Assembly (NCBI GenBank): GCA_044892525.1
Contig: CM097885.1
Location: 46,254,001-46,318,000, forward strand
Direction of reading: 5' to 3'
Length of the DNA: 64,000 nucleotides
Source: Schmidtea polychroa
Lineage: Eukaryota
This document shows positions 54,761 to 64,000 of this stretch, piece by piece. The position numbers were made by a program, and so were the translations under genes. The notes beneath the pieces were generated by a model. That model ran no database searches. It had not been told where the DNA came from and saw only the letters and a list, made by a program, of their open reading frames with translations. Each line of letters starts with the position of its first letter. Position 1 is the stretch's first letter.

Positions 54761-55014
54761 CATTTATTGTTTTCAAAACAATTATCATCTACTTTTCATT
54801 ATAATCCTTTTATACCAGTTCCAATAATTGCAATTTTATTTAATACGTTAAAATCAGAAACCAAAGATTCCAGAAAATTAAATTTTATTTCCACAACAAA
54901 AACAACTCGAAATCTCCAATCACAATTGATATTTCGAAGATACAATTTAATTAAAACACAAAGAAAAATTCGAATATCCAAATTCAAACATAAATCGAGA
55001 ATTGTATTTTTTTA

Positions 55015-55183
<169 letters not shown>

Positions 55184-56283
55184 ATATTTAAAAATATAGA
55201 ATTTATTAATTTGTCCCGCTCACCCTAGTTAAGGTACACTTGATACACCACGTAAAATATTTTTCTTAAATTTAATTAGGTATAGACACTAAATTTATAT
55301 CATAGTAATTGTAATGTATAAAGTAAAATTAGTTACCAAGAAGGACTTCTATGAATTCTGTGAGTAGTGTATTTACTTATTCTATTAATTTATAAAAAAA
55401 ATATAAATAGAATAAAACAACTAAAAATGGAATAGGTTGTGTATTTAATGTTAATAATCTTACTTAATAAGCCTTCGCGAAAATAATACTAAAAATTAAA
55501 TAGTTAAAGTAACAGTAAATAAATATCAATTCAAAATTATTCAACGTATAAGATGTTAACTGGGAACAAAATTCAGAATTTCTGTTAATTATTCCACGGA
55601 AATATTTAATAAAAATACAGATTTAATTATCACATTGCGGTTTCAGTATGTAAAGAATTATAATTTTAGAAAAAATTCAACAATTTCTCACTTTAAAAAG
55701 TCTACTCGCTTTTAATTTGCATTTATATCAATTTGATTAGCTATATTCTCAAGAATTAGGCGGTAACATCAAAAGCATTTCCTGTATAGAAAAATCACTA
55801 ATAACGCAAAGTTTTCATAAAAATACATAATAAATTATATAAATCCTTTTTATTAGATTTCTACAAATTTCTATAAATTATAAACATAAGTCAAATTTTA
55901 TATTTTTATAAAAACACTGATATATTATCGAAATTTAATTGAATATATAGAAAATTAAAAATGAAAAGAGATCAAAGTTGAAAATGATTAGTGATTTTGC
56001 CGAAAATTGAATTAAACTAAATTAAACATGAAATTAATATAAAATATTGATAAAGTACATAATAAAAAAACTGAATATAAAAGAAAAAATATAAAAGAGG
56101 AAATAGTAAAATTTTACTTATTTCTATTCAAATATTATTTTTCAATTATCTAACTTAGTATTTATGTTGTTTTACGTTTTCTACAGTTTGGCTAAATATT
56201 TATTTATAATCCAATTCTTATCATTTATTGACAAAAAATAATTTGATCTAATACGCATGGACTTGGTTAAAGATTTTTGACTT

Positions 56284-56419
<136 letters not shown>

Positions 56420-56907
56420 CATTTGATTTTGTCTTTTGCCGCCTTATCTTTTTCAATTCTTTTCAGATTATTTAGATGAAATATTGATAATTTAATTTGG
56501 CTGTCAGTAGAAATTTAATTTCTAAACCTCAATGAATTGGGAATTGAAAAGTTATTTACAAAATAGCCAAAGCGAACTTTTGATTAACGAAACCCACAAA
56601 ACTAATCTGACAAATCTGTTACGAAACCAAATTTCATTACAGCAAAAAAATCACTGAAACAATAAATCAATCAATTAAATGATAAAAATCTTTGATTTTC
56701 ATATTATATATCTGTAAATATTTCATTCTCTCTCAATAAATTTCATGTATAAAATTAAAATCATATTTGCAAAAGACTTTGTAAAATTTTAAATTATTAA
56801 TTTCTCAGTTTAATTGCAATTAAATTTCCAATAAATCCATTAATCGACTTTTCTTTTTTGTTTTCGTTTTGCGAATTAATCCATTAAATTTTTATTCAAA
56901 TTATTAG

Positions 56908-57031
56908 GAAGGAAATCAAGAATGGATATCAATGGACAGCGAGATTTTAATGCAAAATGGAGTCATTGTTGGAACTCAATCTCCAACGGGAAATATGCTG
57001 CTAGTCGATTGTAGATTTGAGTTGCCCTATG
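56908..57031 (+). CDS. unc-13: Unc-13, coding exon 4
   Basis: EGNQEWISMDSEILMQNGVIVGTQSPTGNMLLVDCRFELPY. Phase 0/1, 124 nt. Confidence 0.96.
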
Positions 57032-57807
57032 GTTAGGATTTATGTTTATTTATATTTTTTCGTTGTGTTTCCAAGTAAGTTTAAAAATAAATTTGAGGAA
57101 AGATTAATGAAAAATTACTTTTAATTTTTCGGTTTTATTATGAAACCTATTCTAATAAATAATTTGTATATTACGAGTTTATATAAACAAAATAAATAAT
57201 TTCCATAAATAAAATCACTCTTGAAAACTAAATATTGTTTTTTATTAATATCATCTATTCGCAATAAAATTTATGATGTTTATTATTTAATTAATTTCGA
57301 TTTAATTTTATCAAAATGAACATTCATAAAAATACAACCAGATTTTTGTGGTCAGATTTGAGATGAATAATACATTTGTGATGACCTTGAAACTTTGTCA
57401 ATTTCTAATGAACCTAAAAAAATAATTTTTAAAATCCTAAATTAGTACAGTAGTAAATAATAATGTTTTTTGGATGTTAATAAATGATTTCTATTTCTGG
57501 AGATCTTACATTACAATTTTAAACTTAAAGGATTTAAGGTTTAGGTTGTGTTCATTTCGAAATTTGTACAATACTCTTTACGGCCCCTTTGCCAGATACA
57601 CTGTCTTCTTTTGATATATATTTGTTGCCCATATTTTAAATATTCTGAGATTCTGTTGTAAGTTATTTTTTCCAAGAATGACCACGACATTATCAATTAA
57701 AATCGTAACAAAAAGAACTATAGGCTAAATATATAAATGAATATATCAAAAATGTTACAAAGAAAAATCAAACGTGCAAATTATTAGAAATTACATTAAT
57801 ATCAAAG

Positions 57808-57872
<65 letters not shown>

Positions 57873-59346
57873 ATATTATTTTATTTATAAAACATATATG
57901 TGAAATATTATTGGTATTATTTGATAATTTTAATTAATTATTCATCAATATTATGACTTTATCAATTAAGTTCAAAGTAGTCTGACATTAGAAATTGCAT
58001 TCAATATTACAACACACTATTTTAAAGAAAGAAACTGAATTTTAAAGGACTTGTAATTATAAAAAATTGTAAAAGAATGTTTTCAGTTGTTTTTAATTAA
58101 TTATTATTCTATTATTAATTGATTATTAATAATTATTCCTTATTAATTTTGATAAATACAATCTTTTAATATGGAATTTTACACGATAATTAACTTTTTA
58201 TAATTATTTTATTGTTATTTTAATTAATTATTAGTTATAAAATCATTTAGTTTTCGTCTTTAGAAAAACATTATTCTGTTGTCATAATCAGATAAATACT
58301 TTCTTTTGTGATAACTGTAAATCTGTTTTAGCTGATTTATTTGATATTCCCTGCATTTTCAAAATGTTCATAGTATTAACTAGTTTTATTTTGGTGACCA
58401 ATATATCAGATGTGGTATATTTTACTTTATTTAGTCAGAATTCTAAGAATGGTACTTTTAGTGTTTGAATTTGTAGGCAATATTTATTGAAAATATTTGA
58501 AGACCCATCCATTGTCAAATAAACTGAAAATACCACAAACTAGTTTTAAAATTCCTTTGTGACTATTATTTACATAAAAAATTTGGAAATCACGTAATTT
58601 TATAAATTTAATAAATCTTTTAAAATAAATTCCCAGCAAGATTAATCTAAAATATTTGTTTATAAAAATTATAATATATAGGAAAATAAAAAAGAGATTT
58701 TATAAATAACTTTTTAGAGGCATTATTAATCTTATAATTTCAATTCTTGTTTAAATAAAATAAGCAGTATATAATTTATAAATATACAAATTACAGATTG
58801 CAGTAGGGATTAAAATGATATCTTAAAATCAAAATTTTATAATGAAATATTTATTAATTTACAATGATTTTTAATGATTTATTTATTAAAGATAAATATT
58901 ATTTATCATTTTCTTATGTCTAAGAAAATTATCAATAATAATAGTGAAATTAATGGAGTCTTTCTAACACTACGTTCATTTATTCATTACTTATTTGTTT
59001 TTGGAATAATATATTGACTCTTACTTCATATTTTCAATTTAAAACTTAACGCAACATTTCAAGATTATAAAAAAGACTGAAAACCACTTGCTATACGAGG
59101 AATTATAATTAAATACAGAAGTACTCTTGTTAGTAGTTTAGAAATTTGAACCTTTGCTTGCTTCGTGTTGCTGGTAGTAATTTTCAATAGCAAAAAAGAA
59201 AATTATATTGAAAGAAAACATGTTTATTTATTTAAAAATTATATTTTGCATTTATTTCTTCTATATTTAAATATTTATTCAATATACTGCTTATTTATTA
59301 GTCATGGTCATCACAATGATTTATTTAATCAAGTACAACAAATTAG

Positions 59347-62106
59347 TAGAGATTGGGATTTCTCAACTTTTTTCATTTCTCGAGAATCCGAGAGTCTCGT
59401 TTTTTGCAATATTATGATTCTCGAGAAAGCGAGAGTCTCGTTCAAGAAATTTCAGGACCCGGGAAATTTCCCGAGAAATTAAAGAATCTGAAATAGTTTA
59501 TAAAAAATGAGAAAACAAGAAAATTTCAAAGAAAAAAATTGTATTCAAATAAAACTAACACAAATAAAACTAACACTATTCACTACAAAACTAAAGAATA
59601 TATAGCAAAAATAGAAAAGTTAATACATCATATGATATTATACCAAATATACCACAAAAACAAATATAATATTTTTTATTTATTGATATTTGTGAAATAA
59701 AATTTTAAAAAACAAAGTACATCAATTGCTTTGTCAGTTAAACGTGTTCGTTTTTTAGTTACTATATTTACTGCTGTTGAAAAGTTTCTTTCATTTTGTG
59801 TTGATGTTGGTCTGATATTCAGTAAACATTCTTTTATTTTGAATAAGTTTTGGGAAATTTGTCCATTTATTTCGTATAAATTCATTTCCTTTAATAATAA
59901 ATTTACATTTGTTTTTATTTCAGCTGTTGCCAAACAATTGTTGATCGAATCTTCAAGTTTTTCTTTTAATGTTTTTTCAGCAGATTTATCAATTTCAATT
60001 ATTTCAATATTATTCTCCTCACAATCATTTGGATGATCACCAACACCAACAACAGCTCCTTCACCATTACCATCATTTTTATTAATTTTCAGCATAATAG
60101 ATTTTGCTACTTTTAACATTTCATTTTTCGAAGCAGATTTGAAAAAATCTTTTGCATCAGCATTTAAGGAATTGGGATTATTTAAAAATTTAATTAATGA
60201 GACTAAAGGTACATTTCTCCTTTTCGAAATTTGATCTGTTATTTCAGTAAGTAATACGGCTTTTAAATGTGTACTCTGCTCAGTCAACCATTCGAACAAA
60301 AATCTTAATATTCCTTCCGATGTTAATAAATTTGTGTCTTGTCTGGATAATGCTTCAACAGCAATTTCTACTGGTTTTAACTCTTCTAAAATATTTTTTG
60401 CTTTAAGAGTAAAATTATTATCCCATAAATCATAAAAATTTAAATCTATTAGCGTTTTTTTTATTGGTTCAATCAACCTTAAAAATCGTTCTATCATTGT
60501 GATCATACTATTCCATCTTGTTTTGCAGTCAAGTAATAAATGTAGATCTTTATTTTCTACTTCATTTACATATTTTTGAAGAACAGAATTTCGTACAGGG
60601 GAATTTTTAAATTTTTTAACAATTATTCGAATTTTTTGAATTGTTAGTTATATATCATCTATATCATTCAATAAAAATGTTTCCTGTGTTAAATTATTAT
60701 CTTCATCTGAAAATAAATTGTCTTCAACATCATCTGATGAATCAGAATCTGAAAAATGTTCATGTTCATTATTTTTATTTGAATAAAATATTTTAAGGAC
60801 TGCCAAATGTAAAGCATGATTGTAACATAGCTGCAACAAAGCTGGTGATAAAGTTCCAAATTTTACCATAACGCTTGCACCATCACTTGTAGTGGCAATA
60901 ATATCTTTATCAAAACTAATATTAAATGAATTTAACTTTTCATTTACTAAATCGACCATTTTATCTGCCGGGCAGCTACCATGTATACGAACTAGTCCTA
61001 GATTTTCCGACATACCACTTGCATTATAATATATATGTATATTTAAATATCGTCGGTTCCTAAAACTGGTCCACTCGTCAATACTTAAAGAAATTTTTTG
61101 ATTTTATTAGTTTTATTTTATTGACAATATCATCTTTTTTTTCATTGTAATATTTATAAATTATATTCATTATATCCGTTGGATATTTTGGTAAAACAAA
61201 TCCTTGTAATTCTAAACTATTTCGAATAAATTCACATTTTAAAATCTTTTGAATGGGAATATTGTCGAACGCTGCTAGTTTTGAAACAATTTCCCCAAGA
61301 CTTTGTGATTGTGTATTTTTTGGTTTAAAATAATTATTTATGCTCGTAGTAGCACTGCTTCTCATACGTTTGCAACCTATATTTCCAGCCTGCAAAGTCA
61401 TGGTCATACCATGTTTTGCTGTTAAATGCCGGTGTAATCCAGTTGTTGTTGATCCTTTGCAATTAATTTCACTTTTGCAATATTTACATATTGCCATATT
61501 TCGGTCTTCACTTCTTTCAAATTCTAGCCAAAAATTCTGATACTCATTTGGTTTGGTATTTTCAGACATCTTTAGCCCTTTACTTTAAGTTCTAAATAAA
61601 GTAATTGTGATTGTAATTGTAAATGATTTAATTATCAATACTTATGAAATATTTAAATTTTTTCTGGTATGATTTGTATAAATATATAATAATAATTTAA
61701 TAATAGAATTAAAATTACAAAATTAGCTTTGTGCACTTTTAAAACAATTGCTATCACAGCAACTACAGAAAAATGTACTAAATTGTATAATTTGAAAGTA
61801 TTTAATTTTAATATTTAAGTATTTAAATTTAATAAAAGTATTATGGATCGAGTGATAAATATATACTATCTATTATATACCATCTATTAAATAAGTCAAA
61901 AATTATAATTTGTTGGGGAATTTTCTATAAATAAGAATTTTCTATGGGGAAATATTTTAAGGTTTCCTTCTCGGGACTTGAAAATAAAATCTCGAGAAAT
62001 CGAGAATCTCGTTTTTTAACCTTTTTCACTTCTCGAGAAACAAGACATAAAAAAATATACAAGTCTCGAGAATTCCCGAGACGAGATTTCTCGATCCCAA
62101 TCTTTA
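59347..62106 (-). mobile_element. Full-length BED-finger hAT transposon in unc-13 intron 4
   Basis: TIR TAGAGATTGGGAT / ATCCCAATCTTTA (12/13). 8-bp TSD CAAATTAG (59339-59346 and 62107-62114). Many subterminal CTCGAGA motifs. Confidence 0.96.
59676..61569 (-). pseudogene. hAT transposase with one frameshift (about 61090) and one stop (60648-60650)
   Basis: BED finger W.EF...CKYC...GSTTTGLHRHL..KH, then SLSIDEWTS, TSDGASVM, CYNHALHL, LDCKTRWNS and PTSTQNERNFS. Confidence 0.93.
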
Positions 62107-62645
62107 CAAATTAGCAAAAATCTAAAAGTTATGTTTGACATATGGGCTTGATAACAAATAATGAATAAGAAAATTTAACTTTCAAACGTGATTTTCTGCA
62201 TTCCCGTTGTTATACGAAAAGTAGTAGTCAGTAAAAATGTAGATCTCATTAAAACCTATCATTTTCTAAGGGAAAACTTTCAAAAAACTAAAAGATTCTT
62301 TTCCTGGAAAATATATAAATGTTCCTTCAAATGAATTTAAAGTTTTTTAAACGCGCGATATGTTATAGAATAATTTCTAGCTTAGATTATAGGGTTTCAC
62401 TTGCCGGGTTTTGAGGCTATCTACTAGCAAGAACATTTATTAAGTAATTCTTTGAAAATTTTAGTAAATCTAATTTCTCAGTAACTTGATAATTATTAAA
62501 ATCTAAATGACTGAATCATAAAAACAATTTTTGATTCCAATCAGTTTTCTGTCTATCACTTTCTACGTTTCAAAATACATTTACTTTTTTATAGATTCCA
62601 TTTTAAAATCAAGACATAATTTAATAAAATTTAAATATTATCTAG

Positions 62646-62759
62646 ATTTAACGGATAAAGATACCGAAGACTTTCAAAACAAATTGGGTAGACTCAATAA
62701 TGAAAATGAATACGACTTCAATGGAGATCAACATCCGCGACTGAATTCCTTCGCTCAAT
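62646..62759 (+). CDS. unc-13: Unc-13, probable coding exon 5 (3' boundary 62759 or 62765)
   Basis: ttctAG acceptor in phase 1. DLTDKDTEDFQNKLGRLN resembles Munc13 DIPEEEARYWAKKLEQLN. Confidence 0.65.
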
Positions 62760-63699
62760 GTAGACGTATTACTAATTCTGTATTTGATTAAAAATATTAT
62801 TGATATTAAAAATCATTTATATCATCAGAAGATAAATTTAATGATCTAACAACCAAATAAAGGTTTCATTTAATTAAAATATAAAAATATTTAGAAACTA
62901 ATGGTCATACTTTATTATTTATTTGTATTAATGAATAAATAAATATGTTTATGATTCGACTAAATGATGACAGTATAGGTTAATGAAGGTAAATAAACTC
63001 ATTGCCTAAAAACGTAAAAAAAAATTGATGTTTTTATTAAATAAATCTTTTAACTCCACTTTTGATCTGCTTTCATTAACAAATTAAAAAGTCTTTACCT
63101 ACGCTGCTGCATAATTGTGGTCACTCTTCCGAGAAATATAAAACTTCAGATAATGGTCATCTTTTATCTCATTGTAACACTTATCAACACTGTTGGTAGT
63201 TTGATAATTAAATTAAAAATAAATATTATAAAAATAGGTAATTTGTTTATTATTTGAAATTAAGAATGAACATATAAATTTTCAAATAAAATTTACTAAT
63301 TTAAAATTTGTCAAAAAGTCGAAGAAACGCAAATTCAATATAAAATCAATTCATTGCAAAATTACCAAAACTGTTTAAAGTTTAAAATTCTTTCAACTAT
63401 TTTCACTGAAAAATTCGATTAATTCAATACATTTTAAATGAGTATATATTATTAAAAATTTTCTTAGATTATTTGATTGCTTATGACATTTGTTAGAAGA
63501 AGATATAATTTTGTTCATAAGATTTTCCAAAAAGTATCATTAAAGCTAAACAATTTTGTAGTAATATATCAAGAGAATTTAAATATATTCATATAAATAT
63601 GTCATAGCAAATGTCATCATTCAATTTCAACATACCACAAACATCCAAATATTTAAATATTTAAAAATTCATATTGTATTCGTTACTTTTATAAAAGTT

Positions 63700-64000
63700 A
63701 TCCTTTGTCCTTGAATTCTTTTAGTCATTCTATATTTCTTGTTTTTATATTCCCTGTTGAGATTTTGACCATGTAACTTTGATTATGTCTTTATTATTTC
63801 TCCAAGACTGTTATATCCATGATCATATTAAGTCACTACATCCTGCTTAATTTATACATTATCACCTACATTCTTTAATTCTCTCCTAATTCTTTCTCTT
63901 TATTTATATGTCTGACAGATTCTTCCATATTCAAGTCTTCCTTGCCGTTTGACTGCAATTCCTTATAGATGTATACATAACGTTTTCTTGACAAATCCTG
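63700..64000 (-). pseudogene. LTR-retrotransposon integrase C-terminal remnant
   Basis: VGDNV*IKQD...Y..LGEII...SYMVKISTGNIKTRNIE*LKR, followed by a purine-rich tract. Confidence 0.45.

Overview
This is very AT-rich eukaryotic (metazoan) genomic DNA with long (AAT)n and (TA)n microsatellites and very short introns (about 41-60 nt). The style is planarian-like, but that is inference only. Four host genes can be rebuilt from splice sites. (1) The last exon of an unidentified Ser/Pro-rich protein (7865-8635 +). (2) A divergent two-box HMGB-like gene (16645-15960 -). (3) A basigin/neuroplastin-family Ig membrane protein (23523-32453 +). (4) The 5' part of unc-13/Munc13 (38106 to at least 62759 +), whose first four exons (the C2A domain) the ORF track misses. 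The rest is mostly transposons: an intact Buster-type hAT with a nested MITE, two near-intact hATs, a decayed piggyBac, pogo/Tigger, Helitron, Gypsy and Penelope remnants, a solo LTR inside an AAT array, and a possible decayed Polinton/Maverick capsid gene. The most unusual structure is in unc-13 intron 2 (41.7-44.05 kb). There, GG-ended inverted termini carrying GC-rich hairpins each lead inward into an ORF built from a captured housekeeping-gene fragment (proteasome alpha6; AAMP/Sqt1-like WD40). These are interleaved with a rearranged Penelope element that has a degenerate hammerhead ribozyme. All family calls come from recalled motifs; no searches were run.
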